Positions 1 through 9,948 are shown, counted from the first letter of the stretch. The stretch: 64,000 bases of DNA from an uncultured Burkholderiales bacterium (GCA_963925895.1 CAWUVH010000005.1:10035-74034); one strand, 5' to 3'. Notes: generated by a model not told the origin, from the sequence alone. A program made the numbers and translations.

Positions 1-591
1 GGCCAATGGCATGATGGTGAATGTTTCAGCGTAGGTGTAATCCCCAATTTTCTTGTCCCAAACAACTTCACCTGTTTGGTTATCAAGAGCAACAACGTGT
101 GCATCTAGAGTTGCGAGGTAAACCTTGTTTTTATATACAGCAACACCACGGTTCACTACGTCACAACACAATTTTGGGAACACGTCGCCTGGAAGCTCAC
201 GCTCATATTTCCAGAGAATGTCACCAGTGGTACCGTTAACAGCCATCACGCGGTTGAATGAAGTCGTGACATACAGGGTGCCATTTACTGCTACAGCCTG
301 ACTGTCTTGACCTTCAAGAATACCGAATGACAAGTTCCAAGTCGGTGTTAGCGACTTAACGTTATCCCGGTTAACTTGAGAAAGTTGGCTGTAACGGGTC
401 ATTTGATAATCTTTCCCGTAATGCAACCAGTTTTGTGAATCTACGTCAGCGTTCGTCAACATGTCCTGAGTTACATAGTTTGGATAGAGAGTAGACTCTA
501 GTCTATCCACACCAATAGCAGAAGCCATGCTGGAAGCACCTAACAGAGCTAGTGCGGCTGTTGAAACCGCTACGCGCTTAAAGTTATGCAT
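1..591 (-). CDS. PQQ-dependent alcohol dehydrogenase (ExaA/PedE/PedH-like), N-terminal part; runs off the window edge; not in ORF track
   Basis: Manual translation from ATG at 591: MHNFKRVAVSTAALALLGASSMASA (signal peptide) ...NWLHYGKDYQMTRYSQLSQVNRDNV...LWKY...LCCDVVNRGVAV...LATLDAHVVALD..TGEVVW. Has the vicinal-disulfide CCDVVNRG motif and beta-propeller Trp repeats. GGGAGG RBS upstream. Confidence 0.92.
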   Translation of the reverse strand, partial: MHNFKRVAVSTAALALLGASSMASAIGVDRLESTLYPNYVTQDMLTNADVDSQNWLHYGKDYQMTRYSQLSQVNRDNVKSLTPTWNLSFGILEGQDSQAVAVNGTLYVTTSFNRVMAVNGTTGDILWKYERELPGDVFPKLCCDVVNRGVAVYKNKVYLATLDAHVVALDNQTGEVVWDKKIGDYTYAETFTIMPLA

Positions 592-770
592 GTAATACAC
601 CTCCCAATTGAGACAACTCTTCCTTGACGCGATCTTGGATTATCCAAATGTGCGCCGCAGTCGAGTCTAAATTTTAGTTTGGTTTTAGTTAACTATTTAC
701 AAACCACTTAAAGACTAACCACCGACCTAGTAGGAACACTAAATCCGCAGTTAAAACTTCTCGCCCTCTA

Positions 771-799
771 AAAATAGGTGAACCGGCAGCCTATGTCAA
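771..799 (-). promoter_or_regulatory. Putative sigma70 promoter of the PQQ dehydrogenase
   Basis: Minus strand TTGACA (799-794), 17-nt spacer, TATTTT (776-771); implies a ~170-nt 5' leader. Confidence 0.5.
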
Positions 800-1010
800 C
801 ATGATTTGGCCGTATTATGGAACTAATTGCAGGGTGCAAATGAGCATTAAAATCTTGGTGGTGCTACGCAACAAATAGTAATTCGACAGGCTCGCAGAAT
901 TGAGAAAGTCAAGCCTTAATCAAACCATGCGCTGCATTCAGCGTCAATCGTTGTTAAACCCTTGAAAATATAGTGTTGGAATTTATTAATCACATAGGAA
1001 TTCATTAAAA

Positions 1011-1478
1011 ATGACTCAACTCTCTTCATCGAATTGGAAGATTTTCTGTTTTTTGATATTATTTATTGCATCGCACAACAGTAATTGCGCTGCTGATCCC
1101 CTGATTACATTTCCCATTACCATAAACGATATCAAAATTAGAGTTGAAATTGCAAAGACGCCTGAAGCGCGCGCCCAGGGCCTCATGGAGCGGCAATTTC
1201 TAGCACATGATCGTGGAATGGTTTTCATTTTTCCAAAGGAAAAAACAATTTCAATGTGGATGAAAAATACCCCCATTGACTTGACCGTTGTTTTCGCGAA
1301 TGAAGAGGGCCGAGTCATCAACATTGAACACATGACACGAAACACCCTTAAATCTTATTCCTCTTCAGCTCCAGCAAAGTTTGCTCTAGAAGTTAGCAAA
1401 CACTCGCCTCTGACTGATTCTATCAAGACTGGGGATCTCATTCTCGGACTCGAGGGCATACCTACGGCGACTCATTGA
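1011..1478 (+). CDS. DUF192 family exported protein
   Basis: Signal peptide, then VEIAKTPEARAQGLM, GMVFIF, MWMKNTPIDL and FALEV motifs typical of DUF192. Confidence 0.88.
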   Translation: MTQLSSSNWKIFCFLILFIASHNSNCAADPLITFPITINDIKIRVEIAKTPEARAQGLMERQFLAHDRGMVFIFPKEKTISMWMKNTPIDLTVVFANEEGRVINIEHMTRNTLKSYSSSAPAKFALEVSKHSPLTDSIKTGDLILGLEGIPTATH

Positions 1479-1489
1479 GTCGCCGTAGG
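1461..1489. repeat. Perfect 14-bp inverted repeat, probable terminator/hairpin between convergent genes
   Basis: CCTACGGCGACTCA-T-TGAGTCGCCGTAGG; overlaps the DUF192 stop codon; no clear U-tract. Confidence 0.6.
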
Positions 1490-1522
1490 GAATCTATCTG
1501 TTGCACAATATGCGTATATCAA

Positions 1523-2656
1523 TCAATTCGAGTTTTGACGTAAGTCCTCAAATAGTCGATCCGCGATCAAACGATTCCCCACATGATTCAGATGGCAAAA
1601 ATCCAAAAATATCTCGCCATATGTGTGACGCTGATCTAATGCATCAGTAATATCACGGAAAGGAATACCATCAGCCGCTAATGCAACACTTACATTGCGA
1701 AGCTTTGGATACCCTTCTTTAAATGCAATATCCACACCAGGTGGCGTTTCCAAATAATGCGTCAACAATCCCACCTCATATGCTGACCTCTCGTGCACAT
1801 CAAAAATCGTAGGTTGCAAATAATGAACAAACTCAGCATTCGAATGCACGGCAATAGCATGGGCTTCACTAACCGCAGCACGAAACTCCGCTGCCGCCAA
1901 TTCGACTCCTTCAATGAGAGTATCTGGATTTGTAATCGTGGCAGGGGTAGAGCGATCAAAAATATCTAGCGCAACATCAGCAGTAAAACTATAGCCCTTA
2001 AGTCGCTCATGCCATCGACTCATCCACTGAGCCAGCGGACTAAGCTTTTGAATAGGACGAAAGTTCGGAACGCCAGATTTCCATCCACCAGCCGCCCCAC
2101 CAAATACAACATAGTAAATATCGTTAACACCATGATAAAAGATAATGATGTCGGTGCTGCGTAGAGGAATTGTTTTCAAAATTGAAACTTGTTGGTTGGC
2201 ATTCATACCCGGCAAACCGAAATTGAATACTTTCCAAGCTCGTCCTGAATCATTCAGCATGCGCTGCAAATAGCTCGCTATCGTATGCTTATCGGGAACT
2301 TCTTGACCAAAAAGCGTTGACCCACCGAACAGCAAAACACGACGTGACATGCCCTGAGGCACATCGGTGGTGACTCGAAACCCATTTTTAACATTGAAGT
2401 AATCAGACTGATAATCATCGAGCTCAACAATTTGAGTCAATCGACCATTCACAAAGGTCTCAGACTCTTTAAGAAATTGCGTATTGAAATAATCCGCAGC
2501 TTGATACGGTGGTGGCTGCGTTGCGCGGAACTCCCATCGCGAAAGTTGATGGTCTCGGACCGTTGCAACCCATACCCAAGATCCCAGCTCCACCAGAAGC
2601 AGTGAAAGCAAAGTCGCGACTAAAAAAATCAGGCAATTATTTAGGAAGCTCTTCAA
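1523..2656 (-). CDS. SGNH/GDSL-family hydrolase-like membrane-anchored protein
   Basis: N-terminal TM helix; block I LFGGSTLFG, NFGLPG, block III GVND, block V DFCH (DxxH). Confidence 0.75.
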   Translation of the reverse strand: MKSFLNNCLIFLVATLLSLLLVELGSWVWVATVRDHQLSRWEFRATQPPPYQAADYFNTQFLKESETFVNGRLTQIVELDDYQSDYFNVKNGFRVTTDVPQGMSRRVLLFGGSTLFGQEVPDKHTIASYLQRMLNDSGRAWKVFNFGLPGMNANQQVSILKTIPLRSTDIIIFYHGVNDIYYVVFGGAAGGWKSGVPNFRPIQKLSPLAQWMSRWHERLKGYSFTADVALDIFDRSTPATITNPDTLIEGVELAAAEFRAAVSEAHAIAVHSNAEFVHYLQPTIFDVHERSAYEVGLLTHYLETPPGVDIAFKEGYPKLRNVSVALAADGIPFRDITDALDQRHTYGEIFLDFCHLNHVGNRLIADRLFEDLRQNSN

Positions 2657-2730
2657 ACTGAATTACCGTGGGCACACGTGATTTGATCTATTATAAATAG
2701 ATTAAAAGCGCTTCAATCAATTAACGGCAT

Positions 2731-3579
2731 TTATTCGAACATCTTCATCGCGGCACCAAATAGTTCAGAATTCGGATCTGCAAATGTTTCAAGGATACTG
2801 AAATGATTATCCGTTGGGCATGGTGTATCCAATCCAATACTTGACGACCACGACTGAGCGATCAGCCGATGCTGATCTTTGAATCCACCCAACTCTTGCC
2901 CTCCAACCGCAATGGATAAACGCGTCCCCTGAGGCTGCGGCATTAAAGCGGGGCTCAACATTGCGGCATCCGCTTCGGTCATACGCAAGTCCGTATTGAT
3001 CGAGGCAATTTTTGTCAGTACCCTTAAATCGTAGAGCCCGCTGATTGAAAACCCTGATTGAAAAATATTCTTCGGTAAACCTTTGGAAAAAGCAGGCCAT
3101 TCACAGCTCAAAGCCATCGCGGCTAAATGTCCGCCAGCAGAATGTCCTGAGACAAACAAACGCTTTTTAGGCACTCGAAAATCATTCGCATTTCGATACA
3201 AATAAGCCCCTGCCGCCATCACCTGAAGCACAATCTTTTGCATCGAAACACTAGGGCATAAAGAGTAATTAATAACCGCGACAGCGACACCACGATCGAC
3301 AAATGGTTTGGCGATGAATGCGTGCTGGCTTTTGTCTAGTGAGCGCCAGTAGCCACCATGAACAAACATCAGCATCGCACTTGGTGAACCCACCGGAGTA
3401 TAAATATCCATTGTCTCTAACAAGTCATCGCCGTACGGCACATCTCGCTCACACTGATCTTTCAACGAGCGACAAATCCCCGAAGAATTAAATGTCCAAC
3501 GGTCAACGTAGTCTTGGAAGTTGGACACCGCCTGACGATTGTTATAGAGCGTCTCTAGATACGCCGCATCACCAAGCAT
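2731..3579 (-). CDS. Alpha/beta hydrolase, arylformamidase/kynurenine formamidase-like (HSL family)
   Basis: HGGYW oxyanion motif, GHSAGG nucleophile elbow, ISGLYDL, C-terminal NHF. Confidence 0.85.
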   Translation of the reverse strand: MLGDAAYLETLYNNRQAVSNFQDYVDRWTFNSSGICRSLKDQCERDVPYGDDLLETMDIYTPVGSPSAMLMFVHGGYWRSLDKSQHAFIAKPFVDRGVAVAVINYSLCPSVSMQKIVLQVMAAGAYLYRNANDFRVPKKRLFVSGHSAGGHLAAMALSCEWPAFSKGLPKNIFQSGFSISGLYDLRVLTKIASINTDLRMTEADAAMLSPALMPQPQGTRLSIAVGGQELGGFKDQHRLIAQSWSSSIGLDTPCPTDNHFSILETFADPNSELFGAAMKMFE

Positions 3580-3762
3580 CGTCTAATATCCCGTTCGATA
3601 TTTCAGATAATTAAGGCTAACTATCTCGAGCATGAAGCAAACCCCAACTGTTAAATAACCATTTTTATACATGAACTGGTTAGACTACACTAGCTATTAA
3701 CGCTTCTCAATACAGAACGAATAAATCAACAAAATATCAATAAAATCATAGGGGAAAAGCAC

Positions 3763-4632
3763 ATGACGAGTCAAATTTGGCCAAATCCATTAGTCTCCAC
3801 CGGTTGGCTTTCAGAGAACCTCGACAACCCAGAAGTAAAAATTATAGACAGCTCCACACTTCTGCCTCCCAAACCTGATCACTCTCTTTATGACGTAGTT
3901 CCTGCCATCGACGACTATCGCAAGGGGCATATCCCAGGAGCTCAATTTATAGATATCGAGCACGAGCTATCCACCCCACATGCGCACTTTCATTTCATGC
4001 TGCCAACTGCTGAGGTATTTGCGCAGACAATGGGACGCTTTGGCGTAAGCGACGACACCATGGTCGTCACTTACGCAACAACAAACCACTGGTGGGCTAC
4101 ACGCCTGTGGTGGACTCTTAAAGTTTTCGGTCACGTTAACGTCGCAGTCCTGGATGGTGGATTTCAAAAATGGTGGGCAGAAAAAAAACCTGTAGAAACG
4201 GGGAACGCTAAACCCGTAACTCCAGCCCACCGTTCATTACGAGAACCCAATACGTCATTAATTGCAAATAAAGAATCGGTACTACATCACCTCCAAGGAC
4301 AATCAGTGTGCCTGATTAACGCACTTAGGCGCGAGCAACATGAAGGGATCGGTGGTGTTCACTACGGGCGAAAAGGGAGAATACCTCAAAGCATTAATCT
4401 CCCCGCCCTTGAGCACGTTAACGAGGACAACACATTCAAATCTATCGAAGAGCTGAAAATGATCTTTGCAAACACACTATCCAATGAGGAAATCATCACA
4501 TACTGTGGCGGCGGCATTGCCGCAACAAGTGTGGCTTTAGCATTAGATTTGCTAGGGCATAAAAATGTTAAAGTCTACGATGCCTCACTCACAGAATGGG
4601 CAGCGGATGACGCATTACCGATGGATGTTTAA
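3763..4632 (+). CDS. Double-domain rhodanese / 3-mercaptopyruvate sulfurtransferase (SseA-like)
   Basis: LVSTGWL, GHIPGA, RLWW, LDGG, GRIP, active-site loop YCGGGIAA, C-terminal YDASLTEW. Confidence 0.9.
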   Translation: MTSQIWPNPLVSTGWLSENLDNPEVKIIDSSTLLPPKPDHSLYDVVPAIDDYRKGHIPGAQFIDIEHELSTPHAHFHFMLPTAEVFAQTMGRFGVSDDTMVVTYATTNHWWATRLWWTLKVFGHVNVAVLDGGFQKWWAEKKPVETGNAKPVTPAHRSLREPNTSLIANKESVLHHLQGQSVCLINALRREQHEGIGGVHYGRKGRIPQSINLPALEHVNEDNTFKSIEELKMIFANTLSNEEIITYCGGGIAATSVALALDLLGHKNVKVYDASLTEWAADDALPMDV

Positions 4633-4665
4633 GCCCCTCGTTTGATTTTAAAAAAGGACCACAAT

Positions 4666-5634
4666 ATGATTGATTTATTTCCGGTCAATAAAGCCGACTT
4701 CCCCGAACCAGTTGTCGTAACAGGCGCCGGGGGCTGCATCGGAAGTTGGGTTCTACATCTGCTGCAGCGCGCAGGCGTTAGTGTCGTCGCACTTGATTTA
4801 CGAAAAGACACGCGTCGACCAAGCTTGCTGATGACTGAAGAGGAATTAGCCTCGATCTCGTGGCTCGAGGGTGACATCTCAGACCCCAAGACAATTACGC
4901 ATGCGGTCGAACAACACAAGGCAGGTGCAATTATTCATTTAGCCGCGCTTCAAATACCTTTTTGTAAAGCAGACCCGATATTGGGAGCGCAGGTTAACGT
5001 GGTTGGGACAATCAATGTTTTAGAAGCGGCTCGTCAGTTTGGCATCAAACGTCTTGCTTATGCGAGCTCAATCGCAGCCCATGGAGTATTTGACCCAGAT
5101 ACAATTTCAACACTTTACGGCGCATATAAGTATTGCAACGAGGAAACGGCTAAAGTTTATATGCAGGACTGGGGGGTCCCAAGCACATGCCTCAGACCGG
5201 GTATCGTCTACGGCGTTGGTCGAGACCAAGGCATGAGCTCAAAGACAACTGTCGCAATTCTTGCCGCCGCAATGAAGCAGCCATACACCATTCCGTTTAT
5301 AGGGCCAGTGTCCTGGCTACACGCCGGAGAAGTAGCCAGCGCATTCATTGCGTCCGTATCACAACCAAGAAACGAAGCCCGTGTTTTCGATATCAACGGT
5401 GTAATTGCGACAGTAGAAGAGTCCATCAAAATCATTGAAAAAATAGAACCAAACGCTAAAATTAGTGTCGATGGTGCCGCACTTCCATTTCCAACAAACC
5501 TGTCGGACGAACCGCTACGCGCTTATTTAAGTGACTATGGCTCAGTTGGTCTCGTTCAAGGAATTGAGCACACCTACGACCATTTTTGCCATTTAGTCAG
5601 ATCAGGCAAGATTGGATCAGACGCATTTGCATGA
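4666..5634 (+). CDS. NAD-dependent epimerase/dehydratase (extended SDR)
   Basis: TGAGGCIG Rossmann motif, HLAA, YGAYK (YxxxK). Start moved to the ATG at 4666 after an AAGGA RBS. Confidence 0.85.
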   Translation: MIDLFPVNKADFPEPVVVTGAGGCIGSWVLHLLQRAGVSVVALDLRKDTRRPSLLMTEEELASISWLEGDISDPKTITHAVEQHKAGAIIHLAALQIPFCKADPILGAQVNVVGTINVLEAARQFGIKRLAYASSIAAHGVFDPDTISTLYGAYKYCNEETAKVYMQDWGVPSTCLRPGIVYGVGRDQGMSSKTTVAILAAAMKQPYTIPFIGPVSWLHAGEVASAFIASVSQPRNEARVFDINGVIATVEESIKIIEKIEPNAKISVDGAALPFPTNLSDEPLRAYLSDYGSVGLVQGIEHTYDHFCHLVRSGKIGSDAFA

Positions 5635-5636
5635 CC

Positions 5637-5966
5637 TCAGTCGGACGTCCCTCTGGTGATAAGTGTCGATTTTTGATTTGACTCGCCTTGATTATCGACC
5701 CAACTCACCTCGACAGAGTCACCAGGCACGCCACCTCGGAAGTAACAGAATAATGATGGGTTTTTAGACACTCCCCCGCCCCACTCAGCAGACAACACTG
5801 TTTTCTCTCCATGACGCACCATCACATTTTTAATAAAGTGCGCGGGAACTAAGGTCCCATCTTTTCTTTTACGAAAACCGGTCTCCATGTCATGACGAAT
5901 CAAAACTCGAACGGTCGTCAGACCGCTATCATCACATGCTGCAACAATTCTCATCGGACGTGCCAT
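5637..5966 (-). CDS. soxZ: Sulfur oxidation carrier SoxZ
   Basis: HDMETGFRK, PAHFI, WGGGVSKNP and GDSVEVSWVDNQG match the SoxZ pattern; directly downstream of soxY. Confidence 0.9.
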   Translation of the reverse strand: MARPMRIVAACDDSGLTTVRVLIRHDMETGFRKRKDGTLVPAHFIKNVMVRHGEKTVLSAEWGGGVSKNPSLFCYFRGGVPGDSVEVSWVDNQGESNQKSTLITRGTSD

Positions 5967-5993
5967 ACCTACCCTCTGCGAATAACCTTAAGA

Positions 5994-6482
5994 TCAACCA
6001 CCACAACCACCACGAGTCACCTTTATCAGCGTATCAGCGCTAATGAAGCCTTCATCTGTTTTTACCAAAGCAATAACGGATGCAGTTTCACGCATTTTAA
6101 TGCGCGTGCGAATAAACGGAACTGCCTCGGGTGACAACTCATAGTAAGCCGCCAACGGTCGCGGATTCTTCTCACAAAGCAACGCAATTGCACGCACCCG
6201 CAAACGCTCATCGACTTTGATGCCCACAGGGACAACAGCACCATTCTCCGCGATTGGTGGCGCGACAAATTGAATGAACCCCCTGACGTCCTGAATCACA
6301 GGCTGAGATGTTAAGGCGCCGATAGCGGCGGAAAGACTTTCAGCCTCGAACGCCTGATTATTCCAAGTCCAGGTGTTACTGTGCGCCATCTTCAGAAACC
6401 CCACCTCAGATAAGGATAGTAAGGCACTCAAAAGTCCTGCATCACGCATAAACTGTCTTCTTGAACTATTCATCTTTAACAT
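5994..6482 (-). CDS. soxY: Sulfur oxidation carrier SoxY
   Basis: Tat-like signal SRRQFMR, APPIAENGAVVPV, EKNPRP, TRIKMRET, C-terminal swinging arm VTRGGCGG. Confidence 0.92.
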   Translation of the reverse strand: MLKMNSSRRQFMRDAGLLSALLSLSEVGFLKMAHSNTWTWNNQAFEAESLSAAIGALTSQPVIQDVRGFIQFVAPPIAENGAVVPVGIKVDERLRVRAIALLCEKNPRPLAAYYELSPEAVPFIRTRIKMRETASVIALVKTDEGFISADTLIKVTRGGCGG

Positions 6483-6649
6483 TATTTAACTTGAAATCCA
6501 GAAAGCAAATCAATCACTCTAAATGGTACCGTCAAATTACCGAGTTAAGTGCTGATTGAATCACAAACCTCAACACCTTAACAAATAATGTGACAGTCAC
6601 AGATCAGAAAGGTTTTTCAACCCTCAGATTTCTTACACACAGATGAGAT

Positions 6650-7123
6650 CTAATCAAATTTAGACAAATCTAAACGTAGCGAGATATTTCCACGTGCATA
6701 CGCATTACTTGTAAGCGGTATTTCAACAAACCCGACCGATTTATAAAGCCCAATCGCCGGCTCCAAAATAGTGTTTGACATGATCTCTATTTGCGTCGCG
6801 CCCAGACCCTTTGCAACTTGAAGAATTTGACGCAACATCACCCGTCCCAAACCAAGGTCTTGGTAACTCGGGGTAACGGCCATCTTCGAAATCTCATAAG
6901 TCGTATCACTGTGTTTTAGTAGGCCACAACACCCCACTGCTATATCCTCGACCATGGCGAATATAATCGCACCACCTGAATCAATAAATGATTGCTGAGG
7001 GCTCGCGAGCATTTTATGATCTATCTCTTCAGGCTCAAAGAACTCTTCGATCCACTCAAGGTTTAATTCTTTAAAAGCTTCTGAATACTGGGGCGAAAAT
7101 CCTACGATCTCATATTTTTGCAT
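6650..7123 (-). CDS. GNAT family N-acetyltransferase
   Basis: EISKMAV, QDLGLG acetyl-CoA motif, AIGLYKSVGF. Confidence 0.85.
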   Translation of the reverse strand: MQKYEIVGFSPQYSEAFKELNLEWIEEFFEPEEIDHKMLASPQQSFIDSGGAIIFAMVEDIAVGCCGLLKHSDTTYEISKMAVTPSYQDLGLGRVMLRQILQVAKGLGATQIEIMSNTILEPAIGLYKSVGFVEIPLTSNAYARGNISLRLDLSKFD

Positions 7124-7139
7124 AGCGCAACGAAATTTC

Positions 7140-7916
7140 TTACATTAAACACTGTAAATCACCGTCGACATTTAACGCTTGCCCGGAGATTGTTCGACCC
7201 AATGGGGACACAATAAATGCGATGAGATCAGCGAGCTGCTGCGGATCAATCAACTCTTTAATAGAAGCCATCGACAACCACGTTTTTGTGAATTCTTCCG
7301 CGGTTTTCCCTGCAATATTCGCTTTCTCTTGAATAACCGCCTGTATTCGTGCCCCATCAACTGGCCCAGGCAAAACCGCATTACACCGTATGCCGAACGC
7401 TCCTAGTTCCATTGATAGCGACTTAGTGAACCCGACAACACCCCACTTTGCTGCAGAGTACGGCGCCCGATTCGGAAAACCAAATCGTCCAGCAGCCGAG
7501 GATAAATTAACAATGGACGCATTATTTGATTTTTTGAGATGGTCGACGACAAGACGCGCACAATTAAACTGTCCTGTGAGACAAACCTCAATACACCGAT
7601 CCCAATCATTTGGATCAATCTCATGAAATGCGCCAGTCGGCCCCGCAATCCCCGCATTATTAATTAGGCAATCCAGACCACCCAGCCCTTGAACAGCTTG
7701 CTCAACCATATTGGCAACCGAATCTCGTTTGGATACATCACAAACACCGGTCATCAAGGATGGGTTTTTTTCTTTAGCTGCCTCCAAGGCTGCGACATCG
7801 ATATCGCAAATGTAAACTGATGCTCCTTCGGCCAGCAGCCGCTCAGTGATCTTGAGCCCAATACCGCTCGCCCCTGCCGTTACGATCACTTTTGCACTGG
7901 TTAATTGTAAGTCCAC
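7140..7916 (-). CDS. Classical short-chain dehydrogenase/reductase
   Basis: TAGASGIG, NNAG, YSAAK. Start set at GTG 7916 after a GGGAG RBS. Confidence 0.88.
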   Translation of the reverse strand: MDLQLTSAKVIVTAGASGIGLKITERLLAEGASVYICDIDVAALEAAKEKNPSLMTGVCDVSKRDSVANMVEQAVQGLGGLDCLINNAGIAGPTGAFHEIDPNDWDRCIEVCLTGQFNCARLVVDHLKKSNNASIVNLSSAAGRFGFPNRAPYSAAKWGVVGFTKSLSMELGAFGIRCNAVLPGPVDGARIQAVIQEKANIAGKTAEEFTKTWLSMASIKELIDPQQLADLIAFIVSPLGRTISGQALNVDGDLQCLM

Positions 7917-8109
7917 ATTTTTCTCCCACGGTATCTTGTTTGACAGCAATTTAAGTATCTCGTCAGTTTATCCGATTTCCAATTTAAATCCTGACAACAG
8001 AACAACATAGGCGTGTGGCTAACTTACCTAAATACCTCCAAACTAAAACGTGTCACAATGCCGACGCACGAAGCCTAACTCGATTATTTATTGTTAACAC
8101 TTAATAAAC

Positions 8110-9315
8110 ATGGCTCCAAATCCAGTTAAACGTGATGTATTAATTATTGGGTTGATCAGCATTGGTCATGGGGTTTCACACTTCTTTCACCTCATACTTC
8201 CACCCTTGTTCCCTTGGATTAAGGACGCATTTGATTTGTCTAATGCGCAGCTTGGTTTTCTAATGTCAGTATTCTTCATCACCTCAGGTGTCGGTCAAAC
8301 TCTAGCTGGATTTTTTGTTGATCGTTACGGAGCAATCCGCGCACTCTTATTGGGACTCACCCTATCCGGAATTGCATCTTTAGGCTTTTCTCTCAGTTTT
8401 AGCTATTTTTCGCTGATTGGATTTGCGTCATTAGCCGGATTGGGGAATAGCGTTTTTCACCCTGCAGATTACTCACTACTAAATAAAAAAATACATACAA
8501 AACGACTGGGGCATGCCTACAGCACGCACGGTATTTCTGGAGCGCTAGGTTGGGCTATCGCCCCTGTTTTCTTAGTTGGGTTAACCTCATTATTTAATTG
8601 GAGGGTAGCAATCGCTGCCTCATCATTGGTGGCGTTTGGCGCATTGGCGCTGCTCTACATCAATCGCCGCCTTCTATCTAATGAGAATGAAAGTAGCGAT
8701 AGCGAATTAACACCATCGACCCTCAATGCCAATGGTTTTAAATTTCTCAAACTTAAAGCCGTTTGGATGTGTTTTTCATTTTTTCTAATATCAGCTCTAG
8801 CATTCGGAGGGATTCAAAGTTTCGCCCCAGCAGCCCTATCAACGATTTACTCGATACCCCACACAATGGCAATAGCAGGCATCACAACCTACATGCTTGC
8901 AAGTGCGGTCGGGCTATTAGTTGGCGGGTTTTTCGCCTCAATGACAGATCACCACGACCGAGTCATCATGCTATCCCTATTTATCGCTGGTGCCACAGCA
9001 ATCATAACCGGATTAGGCTTGTTTCAAAGTTGGGCAGTCATTCCTCTCCTAGGAATTATCGGCTTGGGTGCTGGTGTCGCCGGCCCCTCCCGCGACATGC
9101 TTGTTCGCGCAGCAGCGCCGAAGGGATCAACTGGCCGCGTTTACGGCGTTGTTTACTCTGGTTTAGATATTGGACTTGCAATAGCGCCCTTGATATTCGG
9201 GTTGCTAATGGACTTAAATTTATCGATATGGGTATTTATACTTATCGGGCTATTTCAATTTTCTGCCATCCTTGCGGCAACCGAGGTTAGACATCAAAGA
9301 TTTGCAACCGTATAA
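8110..9315 (+). CDS. MFS transporter (Fsr-like)
   Basis: About 12 hydrophobic segments, motif A-like GFFVDRYG, GLGNSVFHP. Confidence 0.88.
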   Translation: MAPNPVKRDVLIIGLISIGHGVSHFFHLILPPLFPWIKDAFDLSNAQLGFLMSVFFITSGVGQTLAGFFVDRYGAIRALLLGLTLSGIASLGFSLSFSYFSLIGFASLAGLGNSVFHPADYSLLNKKIHTKRLGHAYSTHGISGALGWAIAPVFLVGLTSLFNWRVAIAASSLVAFGALALLYINRRLLSNENESSDSELTPSTLNANGFKFLKLKAVWMCFSFFLISALAFGGIQSFAPAALSTIYSIPHTMAIAGITTYMLASAVGLLVGGFFASMTDHHDRVIMLSLFIAGATAIITGLGLFQSWAVIPLLGIIGLGAGVAGPSRDMLVRAAAPKGSTGRVYGVVYSGLDIGLAIAPLIFGLLMDLNLSIWVFILIGLFQFSAILAATEVRHQRFATV

Positions 9316-9327
9316 ATTGTGCTGCTC

Positions 9328-9888
9328 ATGAACCAAGTTCAAATAAAAATCATTACGCTGTTCGTCGTCGGCATTTTATTAGGTCCAGCATACCAACTCT
9401 ATTGCGTATCTTTTTCGGGAGAGGTCCTTAGTACCGTGATGCTTCATCAAAAAAGCGACCGTTGGGTACTCAATGATGGATCGATATTTCGTATCAGTAG
9501 GGGCTTGAGCTATCGGCCATTAGAAATTCCACTATCACCAGCTGACAATGATTTGCTCGTCAAAGTTTCTTGTGCGCCAGTGAGGTGTGGGCAACTCAAT
9601 GGAGTCACTCTATCGCTGTCTACTGGAACCGCCTTTGTATTTCACGAAAAAATTAAGGTAAGTTCATTGTGGCCCTTCTACACACTGACCATGGGCCCGA
9701 TATCTATTCCTTACCCAGAAAAATTTATGCTTTTAATAGAATCAGCCTCAAACACACCTGATTCGTCAGCATTCTCGTTATCGATCAAGAATAACGTTAC
9801 GTCTCCCAGCCATCTGCTGCTTTGGATAGGGTATGGACTCGTCTTCCTGCCATTGATATTACTGTTTAAAACATTCCGTAAAAAATAA
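9328..9888 (+). CDS. Hypothetical membrane protein (TM - soluble domain - TM)
   Basis: Co-directional ORF filling the gap between the MFS and enolase genes; hydrophobic N- and C-terminal helices; no family recognised. Confidence 0.6.
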   Translation: MNQVQIKIITLFVVGILLGPAYQLYCVSFSGEVLSTVMLHQKSDRWVLNDGSIFRISRGLSYRPLEIPLSPADNDLLVKVSCAPVRCGQLNGVTLSLSTGTAFVFHEKIKVSSLWPFYTLTMGPISIPYPEKFMLLIESASNTPDSSAFSLSIKNNVTSPSHLLLWIGYGLVFLPLILLFKTFRKK

Positions 9889-9948
9889 AACTCCTGAACG
9901 TATTAATATCCTGACTACATAACCCTTTTTATATCCCGAGCAAAAACT

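Noticed and set aside
21-239. 72-aa + strand ORF
   Set aside because: Antisense shadow of the PQQ dehydrogenase; no recognisable motifs.
805-870. Possible sigma54 promoter (TGG...TTGC) before DUF192
   Set aside because: GG-to-GC spacing is 8 nt rather than the required 10.
6589-6601. TGTGA-CAG-TCACA palindrome upstream of soxY resembling a CRP site
   Set aside because: Spacer is 3 nt, not the 6 nt needed for CRP/FNR; too short to support as another operator.
8763-9290. 175-aa alternative-frame ORF inside the MFS gene (and the many other nested or antisense ORFs)
   Set aside because: Fully nested in well-supported genes, with atypical composition and no motifs.
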